Positions 51,815-64,000 of a stretch of 64,000 nucleotides of DNA are shown here, piece by piece; position 1 is the first letter of the stretch, and each line of letters starts with the position of its first letter. Made by a program: the position numbers and the translations under genes. The notes beneath the pieces were generated by a model, which saw only the letters and a list, made by a program, of their open reading frames with translations, was not told the DNA's origin and ran no database searches. Source of the DNA: Mobula hypostoma (Eukaryota); the NCBI RefSeq assembly GCF_963921235.1, contig NC_086097.1, forward strand, positions 189,288,001-189,352,000, given 5' to 3'.

Positions 51815-52740
51815 AACAAATGCTGGAATCTGAAACTTAAACAGAAATGAAGGAAGGATTCAGTGGGTCACGCAGCATCTGTGAGAGATTCTATTGTTTT
51901 AGGGCAGGGATCCTTCCTCAAAACTGGGGAGTGGAGGTCCTACAGTTTTTAAGAGATGAGGTGCGAAAAGGTGTGAGCACAATACAAAAGATTATATACA
52001 GACATTGGTTAAAACAAATCAGGTCTTCAGTGCCTTGTCCACTGATTGTTCACGAGGAGATACAGGGTGAAGCAGGGACATATGCATAACAGAAAATGAT
52101 GACAAAGGAGTTACCTAAAGTCAGAAAATTAATTGTGTTACTTCTGGGGTTGCAACTGCATTAAAATAAGATGACATTCTTCTAGTTTATGTTGGCCTTA
52201 CGATAGTAGTGAAGGAGGTTACAAACAGATAGGTCAGAAATGGAGTGGAATTGACAATTAACGTGGAAGCTGCATCAGCGCAAACTGCATTTGGTTTCTC
52301 CAATGTAGAGGGACCACATTGTGAATTGTGAATGCCATGGACCAGATTATAAATTCAAGTGCTTCACTGTTTCACCTGAAATGATCGACCATTTCCGACA
52401 TCTTCGATTCTCTGCATTGTGTATGGACCATTCAGTTCATGACTGCTTGATCTACAGGTTTGCATCCATTTGTGGCTCTGTTGCAAGTGTCAAAATGCCT
52501 CCCACTCCCCATCTCACAGCACACTGCCATGCAACCAAGTCCAGCACCTGTTCAGTTACATCTTCTTTTCCCATCACCTTGGGACCTAAACAATGATTGC
52601 AGGGGAACTAGTAATTCACTCACTTCTTCCAATCTAGTGCACTGCATTTAGCACAGGTTTAGTAAAGAGCCCGTTTCCATTCTGTAGAACCAGTGCACTC
52701 TGGTGGGATAAGAAGCAATCACCCATCTGTTTTTGCCTTA
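51815..52740. mobile_element. Old degenerate Penelope-like remnants (minus part to about 52330, plus part from about 52390)
   Basis: Weak similarity to the pLTR and endonuclease regions of the other copies. Confidence 0.45.
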
Positions 52741-53673
52741 ATTTGTGTTCCACATTTAAATTTTAGTTTGCTTATGAGAAATAGGGTAAGAGTGAATTAA
52801 AATAATAATATTTCAAATTTAGGTCTACATCCAACTGATGAATGCGATCTATACTTCGCCCATTCCAAAGGTCCATCATAAAATCTTGACTACCACAGCA
52901 AAGCCACAAATGGCCACAAACACAATGGAAACTCTTAACGTCCTTTGTCCTTATATCTGACTAAATAACTAGTTACAGTATATAGTTAAGCATCAGAACA
53001 AAGCCAATCATCTTCCTTAGCTAAGAATAGAAAAGAAAATTCATTAAAGGGGTCAAGCTGCCTATAAAATGCCATGTGTAGGAGATACAGTTTCATTAAT
53101 ATGACTCAATAAAACAAAAAATGAACAAGACAGTTCAGCAACACAATGGCTATCCTGCCTGCCCAATGGCTGACTGATGAATTGATTGAAAGCCCGAATA
53201 AAACATCCTAGAATGGGAGGGTCAATCTTAGTTCCTGATAATCTTGTAAATTAGTACACTAACAATGGTTCAAACTGGTCAAGCAGTGGGAACTCAATGT
53301 TTTCTGCAACAACCTTGCCGTACCATTACATCATCAAGTGATTCCAAATGCACCAAAGACAACAAATTAATTTTGAATGTTAATTTTAGTTGATACAAAC
53401 CCAAGTACTGTACATTCCACCAAATAACATACAACTTGTTTGCACAATTGTTTAATGCCTTTTACTTTTGGGAAGTTTTATAATGAAAAACAGAGCTGTA
53501 AAAACTATTATGTTTCTTGACAGCAATTAAAATAATGCTGCTTTCTTGCATTTTGCCTTCTCAGTTATTTTAAATTGTTAGAAGGTTAACAAATGAATTT
53601 AAAGTTAAACATAAATGAGTGAATATTTATATATACATTTTTTCCAATTGATCTCGTTAAGTAAAACATTCAC

Positions 53674-53848
53674 CTTGTTGAGCTAACTCTTGTCCCCAGA
53701 TCCTCTTTTCAGCCCGAAGTCCATCAATCACAGACTCCTGTGCAGTTAGTTGTGAAATCAGTCTAGATTTTTCTTGCTTAAGTAGCTCAATCTGAACTGT
53801 TTTTCTCTTATCTTCTTCAGCTGTATGTTCAAATGCTCGGAACTGGCT
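53674..53848 (-). CDS. LRRCC1: LRRCC1 exon (SQFRAFEHTAEEDKRKTVQIELLKQEK...RAEKRIWGQELAQQG)
   Basis: Resembles recalled human 'QIELLKHEK...RKVWGHELAQQG'. Flanked by tttag and gtgaat. 175 nt. Upstream exons were not found in the window. Confidence 0.9.
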
Positions 53849-55399
53849 CTAAACCAATATTAAAGAGAATTTCAAATATCAAACTGTTTACAGTAATCCT
53901 AATAAGACAATTTTTGCAGTTTTCTCAGTCATACTATGTAACCTCAGTGGCAGAATCACAAATACTTCTTTTCTGCAGTTATTCTACTGAAATTAAAGAA
54001 GCTGAAGTAGTTAGATCACCCTATGTGGAAGTTCACATCCCATGCTACTTCCAAAGAAACTATGAAAAGAATTCCACATCATTTATTTTGCTAATGCACA
54101 ATAGAACTTCTAAGAAAGTGAGCAAAAACTGAAATGCAAGATGATTACCATATACTTGTCACCTTATACAAGTGATGACCATTGCAATTTTGTCTGAATT
54201 ACAAGAGCATTTGGTCCAGATATTACAAAGCTTGATTATATCCACGTGCAAAGTGCTTAACACTAAGTTCTATTATATCCATCTGTATTTCAATATGATA
54301 ATAATCAGTTTTAATTGCTTAAAATCAAATACTTTATCAAACATGTTGGCTTTACAATTGTGATAAGACAGCACAGAGCACAAGAGTTACAAGGATCAAA
54401 CAAGACCTACGAACAACAGTGACTGAATATATGTCGTGAACTACAGAAGTTAATGACTTTTTATGATACGCATTTGCATCCTTGACCCTTACTCAGAAAC
54501 TAATGGGATTCTTGCTCACAAAAAGGGCAAACTAATGATAAGAAAAATGAAATTATTGTCAGATAGAGCCATTCATAATCAAACAATAAATGGTCTAAAT
54601 TGCTGCAGATAACTTGTCTTTAAAAAACACAGAAAATTAAAAATTGCAGACACTGAAAACCTGAAATAAAAATGGAAAATGTTGAGCGTTGACACTCTCC
54701 AGAGCTAGCAGCATCTAAGAAAAAAATGGAAATGTTAATTCTGTTTTTCTTTCCAGACATGCATTTGGTTGAAAGTAATGGATTTGTATGTTCAATATAC
54801 CATCCTTACAATATGCTACCTATTACTCTGGGCTACTCATTTTTCATCATGTGTTCCTCCTCAAAACTATTTTATATAGAACTATCTATTGAAGGCAGTT
54901 TATATTATGGATGTTGAGTTACAACCTGATACTTTAAACTACATTAGAAATTAGGATAGTGGTTTTCACAATTTTAGGAAAGCTGGTTTAACCAATACTT
55001 ACTTCTAAAAGCTTAAATTTCTGACACATACAGTACAGGTCATTCTCATGGAATGAATGGGTTCCATTCTCAGACATTCCTATGTTGATCTATGTCCACA
55101 AGTCAGAATATACATGAAAATTACTCAGTATAACAATCATATCTCCACAGTATTACCATCAAAAGCACATACAGTAAGACTGATAAGAATGAACAGTTGC
55201 TAAAAATGAAGGGACTTTTGAAATTAATATCATGGGAGTTCATTCATATGGAGATGGTGTCCATCAGTTGGACTTCATAATCTGGTGACAGCTTGAATAT
55301 ACAGTCAGGACATGCCATTTTCCTTATTTTACTTTGCCAAACAATTTAATGACATTACTATATTGTAAGGGAATGTATTAATGTTTCATACTTAAACAC

Positions 55400-55760
55400 T
55401 GTACCAGAAGAATGGGGAGCTGTTATTGGCAGGATCCTAAACTATGGTCCTTCCTCACAATGCCTTTGTGATGGCTGCACAGCTCAACAGGTACTCCTGT
55501 ACCTTGGAATGTGCCCATATTCAGCACTTAGTTGCAGATATCACCTGGTGTGTAAGGCCAACGAGTTTTGGGCAAACCAAAGCATATCTTTCATTGAGTT
55601 GATCTTCCCACAAAAGTAAATGTTTATCCCTGTATGAGCCCTTCAGAAAACCCCATAGAGCATAGGATCCAGTGTTATTTGTAATTAAGTTCGGCAAAGA
55701 CATTTTCAGATCTTCTTGGCAAGCAAAGTCCATCTGCACCATCTTTCGTATAGGGAGATA
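55400..55760 (-). mobile_element. Tx1-like LINE 3' remnant
   Basis: Degenerate ORF end resembling 'AHSKVQEYLL...AKA.WGRTIV*'. Confidence 0.45.
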
Positions 55761-57029
55761 GTTCGTCCATACAACCCAAAACTTAAAAGCAGCACCGATA
55801 GCAATACTTCCATTTCACATCTACGACCTACCAAAGGGTAATAACCATTAGTGCCTGCATATGCTACTAAGGTTACATTGTAGTTGCTTAAAATGACACC
55901 TAGGTTTTTACAAAAACTATTATAGTGTGGTGTGAAATTATGACAAATGCAATCCATACAGCTTGTAGGTTATGCTTAATTCACAGAATGTTTAGTTCAT
56001 TGAATTTTGTCTTCTTAGGATTTCAGATTTTCTATGCAAAAAATGTGATCCATATTGAAGAACCACGATTTGTATCTTTCACATTAAAAGTGCTATAGGT
56101 GCACACGTTTGCCATGAATTAACTTTTACTTTTCTGAAACAATTTTTGTATAATATAAGCAGAACATACAGGAAATACTCAGTAGGTCAGCTACAAAGTT
56201 AACATGCTTATCTACAGCTGTACCCTAGTTTTTTTCCCCTATTTTTCCAGCATATTTTGTTTTTAGATTTCTAGCATCTGTAGATTAAAAAATATATTAA
56301 TGTAAATATATTCATCAAATTTTTCGTACTTTTGAACTCTGCAATTAAATAGGGCCTGGTGAGATGGAACATGGAATCGTGTACAGATCTTGTCTCCCAC
56401 CCAGAAAAGTATATACTTGCAATGGAAGTTTCACTAGATTGAATACTGGAAGGGAATGATTATTTCATGAATGTAGATTAAGCTAAGTCTTTACCCTTGA
56501 GAGCTCAGAAGAATAAGAGATGATCTCATTAAACATTCCTTTCTGCACAGGGGAGTGAATCATTGGAATACCTTCTCTAAGAGTGGTGTGGAAGATCAGT
56601 GACTGAGCACAGCAAAATCAGTAAATTTTCAGACATTAATGAAACTGCACTACATGGAAATAGAAGATAAAAATGGCAGAGATCAAAGGTCATCAATTTT
56701 ACCAAATGGCAAATCAGATACTAGGAGATGAAAGACCCACTTCTATGCCTTTACATTTTCCATATACATTGCAGTGATATAGGTCATAATCTTTTTTGCA
56801 CTAAATTCTCAATTTGCTCTTTGAAACGTACAAATGACCCCTGCATTATGGCTGTTTGGCTAATTTGTTTCACAAATCACAACTCAGAAATTTAAGATAC
56901 AGAATAAAATGATCTTGTGTGGAATTAAGAATGTAGATTAACATGGGCAGTTGATAAATTGGAAATATTTTTGCACTTTGATTTTACAGTACTTTGAATT
57001 GAGTCATACAGAAATATAGATGAACCTTG

Positions 57030-57290
57030 TAGGTACCATGGTAGCAAAGCAGTTAGTGCGACGCTATTAGCTCTGGGTGTTTTGGAGTCTGGAGTTCAAT
57101 TCCGGCGCCATCTACAAGGAGTTTGTACATTCTCCCCTTGAAAAGCATGGGTTTCCTCCCAGAATCCAATGATGTACCAGTCAGTAGGTTAATTTGTCAT
57201 TGTAAATTGTCCTGTGATTAAGCTAAATAGGTGGGTTGCTGGGCAGTGTGGCTCGTTGGGTTTTTTTCCAAGCTATCTTTTTAAAAAAAA
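57030..57290 (+). mobile_element. HE1/V-SINE-like tRNA-derived SINE
   Basis: A box 'tggtagcaaagcagttag', B box 'gagttcaattcc', core 'gggtttcctcc...gtaggttaatt.gtcattgtaaattgtcc'. Confidence 0.75.
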
Positions 57291-57309
57291 AATGAACACA
57301 AAATTTACT

Positions 57310-57529
57310 CTGGAGACACAAGAGACTGCAAATACTGGAAACTTACCTGCCTGTCTGCCACCTACCACCCCTTCTCAGCTCACGAATCGCTGTAGGATCT
57401 TTTCATGCTACCCCTCTTCTCATTGACCATCTTGCCTCTTGATTTCTAGTTCCTATGCAGGGTTTCAACCTGAAACGCTGACAATTCCTTTCTGTCCACA
57501 GCTGCTGCATAACCCCTTAGTTATTCCAG
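57310..57529. mobile_element. Short Penelope-derived pLTR insertion
   Basis: pLTR-like ends and a degenerate hammerhead region. 13-bp TSD cacaaaatttact at 57297-57309 and 57530-57542. Confidence 0.55.
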
Positions 57530-57633
57530 CACAAAATTTACTTAATTCAACTTGCGTTTTCCAGGAATGCAATGATGGTCACTTCGCCTCCCCCACCCCC
57601 TACCACTTCATGTAACAAAAGGTTTGTGAATAG

Positions 57634-59642
57634 GCAAAGTGAATAGGAATAAGGAACCTTGGTTCTCAAGGGATATTGCAACTCTGATAAAGAAGAGGGA
57701 GTTGTATGAACATGTATAGGAAGCAGGGAGTAAATAAGGTGCTTGAGGAGTACAAGAAGTGCAAGAAAATACTTAAGAAAGAAATCAGGAGGGCTAAAAG
57801 AAGACATGAGGTTGCCTTGGCAGTCAAAGTGAAGGATAATCCAAAGAGCTTTTACAGGTATATTCAGAGCAAAAGGATTGTAAGGGATAAAATTGGTCCT
57901 CTTGAAGATCAGAGTGGTCGGCTATGTGCGGAACCAAAGGAAATGGGGGAGATCTTAAATAGGTTTTTAGCGTCTGTATTTACTAAGGAAACTGGCATGA
58001 AGTCTATGGAATTAAGGGAAACAAGTAGTGAGATCATGGAAACTGTACAGATCGAAAAGGAGGAGGTCCTTGCTGTCTTGAGGAAAATTAAAGTGGATAA
58101 ATCCCCGGGACCTGACAGGGTGTTTCCTTGGACCTTGAAGGAGATTAGTGTTGAAATTGCAGGGGCCCTGGCAGAAATATTTAAAATGTCGCTGTCTACA
58201 GGTGAGGTGCCGGAGGATTGGCGAGTGGCTCATGTTGTTCCGTTGTTTAAAAAAGGATTGAAAAGTAATCCCAGAAATTATAGGCCAGTAAGTTTAATGT
58301 CGGTAGTAGGTAAGTTATTGGAGGGAGTACTAAGAGACAGAATCTACAAGCATTTGGATAGACAGGGACTCATTAGGGAGAGTCAACATGGCTTTGTGCG
58401 TGGTAGGTCATGTTTGACCAATCTATTGGAGTTTTTCGAGGAGGTTATCAGGAAAGTGGATGAAGGGAAGGCAGTGGATATTGTCTACATGGACTTCAGT
58501 AAGGCCTTTGACAAGGTCCCGCATGGGAGGTTAGTTAGGAAAATTCAGTCGCTAGGTATACATGGAGAGGTGGTAAATTGGATTAGACATTGGCTCAATG
58601 GAAGAAGCCAAAGAGTGGTAGTACAGAATTGCTTCTCTGAGTGGAGGCCTGTGAGTAGTGGTGTGCCACAGGGATCAGTGCTGGGTCCATTGTTATTTGT
58701 CATCTATATCAATGATCCAGATGATAATGTGGTAAATTGGATCAGCAAATTTGCTGATGATACAAAGATTGGAGGTGTAGTAGACAGTGAGGAAGGTTTT
58801 CAGAGCCTGCAGAGGGACTTGGACCAGCTGGAAAAATGGGCTGAAAAATGGCAGATGGAGTTTAATACAGACAAGTGTGAGGTATTGCACGTTGGAAGGA
58901 CAAACCAAGGTAGAACATACAGGGTTAATGGTAAGGCAGTGGAACAGAGGGATCTGGGAATACAGATACAAAATTCCCTAAAAGTAGCGTCACAGGTAGA
59001 CAGGGTCGTAAAGAGAGCTTTTGGTACATTGGCCTTTATTAATCAAAGTATTGAGTATAAGAGCTGGAATGTTATGATGAGGTTGTATAAGGCATTGGTG
59101 AGGCCGAATCTGGAGTATTGTGTTCAGTTTTGGTCACCAAATTACAGGAAGGATATAAATAAGGTTGAAAGAGTGCAGAGAAGGTTTACAAGGATGTTGC
59201 CGGTTACAGAGAAAGGTTGAATAGGTTAGGACTTTATTCCCTGGAGCGTAGAAGAATGAGGGGAGATTTGATATAGGTATATAAAATTATGATGGGTATA
59301 GATAGAGTGAATGCAAGCAAGCTTTTTCTACTGAGGCAAGGGGAGAAAAAACCAGAGGACATGGGTTAAGGGTGAGGGGGGGGGAAATTCTGAAGAGAAC
59401 ATTAGGGGGGGCTTCTTCACACAGAGAGTGGTGGGAGTATGGAATGAGCTGCCAGACGAGGTGGTAAATGCGGGTTCTTTTTTAACATTTAAGAATAAAT
59501 TGGACAGATACATGGATGGGAGGTGTATGGAGGGATATGGTCCATGTGCAGGTCAGTGGGACCAGGTAGAAAATGGTTCGGCACAGCCAAGAAGGGCCAA
59601 AAGGCCTGTTTCTGTGTTGTAGTTTCTATGGTTTTCTATGGT
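57634..59642 (+). mobile_element. Young 5'-truncated CR1 LINE with a 504-aa open RT frame (57706-59220)
   Basis: All CR1 RT motifs present (DFSKAFDKVPH, GVPQGSVLGP, KFADD). Frameshifting deletion near 59203. (ttctatgg) tail. Confidence 0.95.
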
Positions 59643-60644
59643 TTGTATTTCTCTATGGCTGAATGTTTCCAAATATGCTTTAGTAAAACAAAATTATAAT
59701 CTTCAGAATTTTAGTAGAAGACTGGAAATATTTATAAATGTTTTATATACACAATTCAGTTTAGAATTTATTGAAAAAACAATACCAGTTAACAAGGTGA
59801 ATCAGACAACAGAGAGAGATGTCTTAAACTTCTGGTTTAAGACGGCGCGTGAAGATGTGCGACAGCTTACTGGTAGAACGTAAGGCAAGAGATTTGACTA
59901 AAATATTACTTATAGCATCTTTTCTGAAGCAAATTGTGGTGAACATTTGCCACAGACAGTGAGAAGCTGGGCTGAGGCGAGGCTGGTTTGGGGGATGGGC
60001 TGTGCTGGGGCATCGTGGGGCTTAACGTGTTCCAGCCGGGGTCACAGATGGAGTTCGCATCGCTGCTGGATATGGAGTGAACGATTTGAAGAGGAGTCAA
60101 TGTGGAAGAGTTTTGATGCCAGTCCACCTAACCCGGGTGTGAAGATGGATTGCTCCAAGCCAACTTGGTGAAATTGAGAACCATTTCGCGCTGGGTAGCC
60201 CAAGCATATTGTGGCGCCGGAGTCAAGGTCCTAGAGCGAGGCACTACCCGGTGCTTGGACAACTTAAACACCAGCACAGATAGACTGGAAGCCTGAGGGT
60301 CAGGAATGGAGGCAAGGGTTGGGCTGATTTCGCTCGCTCTCCCATGAACATTCATTTTCTCTCTGTGGCGCCAAGGCTGTGAACTGATGCCGCTGCTGTG
60401 CATTTTTACTCCGCTGGTGTGATGAACTGGGACCGAGATTTGGGGCTACTCTGGCTGCTCTGGGGACTCAGTCTGGTTTGGAATGCTTCTTTCTCTGCGC
60501 AGTGGTTTTTGGTCATTTTTTTAAATTAATTTTTTTAAAATTTCTTGCTTTGTGGCTGCCTGTAAGCAGACAAAATCTCAAGGTGTATAATTTATACATT
60601 CTTTGACAATAAATGTGCTTTGAATCTTTATTAAAACTCAAACA

Positions 60645-63425
60645 AAGTCAGGAACCAATAGGTAGAGCATGGTGCGACTAATGTCCTGAGCAGAATATAT
60701 TTCAATGCATGGAGTATTGTAGGAAAGGCAGGTGAGCTTAGGGGATGGATCAACACACAGAATTATGATATTCTAGCTATTAGATAGAGAGACAGATAGA
60801 TGCTTCATTGATCCCAAAGGAAATTACAGTGCCACAGTAGCATTAAAAGTGCACAGATATATAAATATTAGAAGAGAAATAGAAAGAATAAAAAATAAGT
60901 TACTTCAAACAGTCTAACAGGAGGGAGTCATCACTTCCCCAGGTATAGGTTGACTCATTATAGAGCCTAATGACCGAAGGTAAGAATGACTTCATATAGC
61001 GCTATTTGGAGCGGCACAGTTATCTTAGTGAGATTTGTTTTCAGGAGGGGCAGGAATGGCAGCTCAATATTTTGCTTGAATTTCCAGCATCTGCAGATTT
61101 CCTCGTGTTTGCATTCAATATTCCGGGGTTCCATTGTTTTGGACGCAATAGAGCAGGAGGGATTAGAGGAGGAGGGGTGGCGTTACTAGCCAGGGAAAAT
61201 GCCACTGCAGTCCTCAGTCAGGACAGACAGGAGGACTCATCCAGTGAGGGTTTACAGGTTGAACCAAGAAAGAAGAAAGATATGACCAAGTTAATGGGGC
61301 TATATTACAGATTACCCAACAGTCTGAGGAAGGAATTTAGAGGAACAACTTTGCAGAGAGATCGTAGACTGTTGCAAGAAACATAAGTTTGTTATTGTAG
61401 GTGATATTAACTTTCCATATATTGACTGGGACTCCCGTGCTGTAAAAGGACAAGAAGATGGGATACAGTTTGTCAAATGGATTCAAGAAAATTTCCTTAA
61501 TCAGTATGTAGAAGTCCCAATTAGAGAGTGTGCGACATTTGATCTGCTATTAGGGAATGAGACAGAAGTTTGTGTAGGGGAACACTTTACACTTAGTAAT
61601 CAAAATGCCATTAGTTTCAAAGTGAATATGCAAAAAGGTAGGTCTGGTCTGCGGGATGGGACTCTAAATTGGAGGAAGGCCAATTTTGATGGTATCAGAA
61701 AGGATCTGGAAAGTGTGGATGGAACAGGCTGTTTTCTGGCAAAAGTGTACTTGGTTAAGTGGAAGGCCTTCAAAAGTGAAATTTTGAGAGTGCAAAGCTT
61801 ATATGCACCCATCAGAATAAAAGGTAAAGATAACAGGTTTAGAGAACTTTGGTTTTCAAGAGATACTGAGGCCCTGATTAAGAAAAAAAAGGTGTATAGC
61901 AGGTCTAGGAAGGTAGGAACAAAAGAGGTGCATATGGAGTACAAGAAATGAAAGAGAACACTAAAGATATCAGGAAGGCTTAAAAGAAGGCATGAGGTTG
62001 TCTTAGCAGACAAGGTGAAGGAGAATCCTGAAGGATTCTACAGAGATGTTAAGAGCAAAAGGTTTGCAAGGGACAGAATTAGTCATCTGGAATATCATAA
62101 TGGTAATCCATGCGTGGAGCCAAAAAAGATGGGGAAACCTGAAATGAACTATTTTCATCTGTATTCACTCAGGAGGTGGCCAGACTCTACAGAAATGAGG
62201 CAAGGCGGCATCAACTTCATGGACCCTAAACAGATTACAGAGCTGTTTGCTCTCTCTCGAGGCAAATTAAGGTGGATAAATCCCCAGGGCCTGACAAGGT
62301 GTTTCTGTGTGAGGCAAATGCAGAAACTGCCGGGGCCCTAGCAGAGATATTAAATTCATCCTGATGACTGGAGGATATCCAATATTGCTCTGCTGTTTTA
62401 AGAAAGACTCTAAAAATAAATCAGGAAATTATAGGCCGGTGAGCCTGACATCAGGTTATTGGAAGGTATTCTAAGGAACCAGATTTACAAGTATTTGTAT
62501 AGACACGGACTGATTAAGGATAGTCAGCATGGCTTCATGCATGGTGGGTCATGTCTAATCAATCAGAGTTTTTCGAGGAAGTTACTAGAAAAGCTGATGA
62601 AGGAAAGGCAGTGGATTTTGTCCACATGGACTTTAGCAAGGCATTTGACAAGGTTCCACCTAGCAGGTTGGTCAGGAAAGTTCAGTCACTTGGGACTCAA
62701 GATGAGGTAGTACATTGGGTTAGACAGCGACTTTGGGGGAGAGGTCAGGGTGTGGTAGTAGAGAGTTGCCTCTCTGACTGGAGGTCTGTGACTAGTGGTG
62801 TGCTATGGGGACTGGTGTTGAATCTGTGTTGTTTTCATCCATATCAATGATCTGGATGATAACGTGGTTAACCGGATCAGCAGATTTGCAGATGACACCA
62901 AGATTAGGGGGTGCAGTGGATAGCAAAGGCAGCTAACATGGCTTACAGTGGAATCTAGACCAACTAGAAAAATGGGCTGAAAAAATGGCAGATGGAATTT
63001 AATGCAGACTATTATCAGGTGTTGCACTTTGGTAGGACCAACGAGAGAAAATTTGCTGCGTCTGGAGGACCTGAATGATAAGGAAAGGTTGAGTAGGTTA
63101 GGATTGTATTCCTTAGAACGTAGAAAATTGAGAGGGGATTTGATAAAGGTATACAAAATTATGAGGGGTACAGTTAGGGTAAATGCAAGCAAGCTTTTTC
63201 CGCTGTTGGGTTCTACCTCATCCAGAGGTCATGGGTTAATGATGAAAGGTGAAATATTTAAGGGGAATATGGAAGAGACTTCTTCACTCAGAGGGTTGTG
63301 AGAGTGTGGAATAAGCTACCAGCACAAGTGGTGCATGTGAGCTCAATTTCAATGTTTAAGTGAAGTTTGGATAAGTACATGGATGGTAGAGGTACAGAGG
63401 GCTGTGGTCCCAGTCAAGGCTGGAT
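60645..63425 (+). mobile_element. Degenerate CR1 LINE ORF2 (APE and RT) with an antisense LINE-tail insert at about 60790-61070
   Basis: RGGGVALL, GD.NFP.IDW, HMDFSKAFDKVP and RLGLYSLERR motifs, with many frameshifts. Confidence 0.88.
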
Positions 63426-64000
63426 TTAGTGGGGCTGGAGGCCCTGGTGGGCCCCTGCCGATACCGTAAAATGCTGCTGTATCAAGCAAAAAAAGGCAAG
63501 AACAAGAGCAAAGGTCGCACTGGTCTAAATATCAAAGCTGTGGACCAAGACATTGGTTTAGCACCATACCTAGGCTATAAACTTACAGGCCTTAAGAGGG
63601 AGGACAGAAAGTAATGCAGATTCTTAGTTTGAAGGACAGTATCTAAAGCATTCAAAAATAGACCTAGGCTTAGTTGGCTTAGTAAAGTTATGAGGGAGAC
63701 GAAGTATGATGTACCCAACCAATCTTAAATCTTCATTTAGCTATTGCTGCACATACCATAGGCCTTATTTCTCAAACAATGCCAAAGCATTTTTATCTGG
63801 TATTTTTCTCAACCGTGTGTTCTGAGAAAGTAAAATGGAAATGAGAGACAAAAAGGCAAAGTGAGATGGCATTATGGCAAACTAGGAACCTTGACAATAC
63901 TCCAACAATCTTTTTGAAAAATGAGGTCTAGCACATAATAACCTATTGCTGTACTGTATGGCTTGCAGAGTAAAGACCACTTATTACTTACTAGGTTTGT

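Noticed and set aside
55034..55297. Tigger/mariner-like MITE (also a half element at about 37305-37421)
   Set aside because: The terminal inverted repeats are too degenerate to confirm by eye.
57706..59220. 504-aa ORF as a host gene or a prokaryotic-type RT system (retron/DGR)
   Set aside because: It is an ordinary truncated CR1 ORF2 with a CR1 tail; many relatives are present in the window.

Overview
Vertebrate nuclear DNA. The repeat content (CR1, HE1/V-SINE-like, Penelope, Rex1-like) suggests a cartilaginous fish, probably a ray; this is inference. Two spliced genes lie in tandem on the minus strand. The first is the last six coding exons of LRRCC1 (53848->30121). The second, about 3.3 kb downstream, is a complete nine-coding-exon E2F5 (26852->2554, 1155 nt, 384 aa), with a CpG-rich promoter, a U12 AT-AC intron and several miRNA seed matches in the 3'UTR. 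The introns are filled with retroelements and one hAT element. Most notable are Penelope-like elements carrying minimal hammerhead-ribozyme motifs (one intact copy is sense to the E2F5 pre-mRNA), a Penelope insertion folded into a ~260-bp inverted repeat, a three-level nested insertion (hAT in L1 in a Rex1-like LINE), an L1 with a twin-priming-type 5' inversion, and an RTE-tailed tRNA SINE. No database searches were run; family assignments rest on motif recognition.
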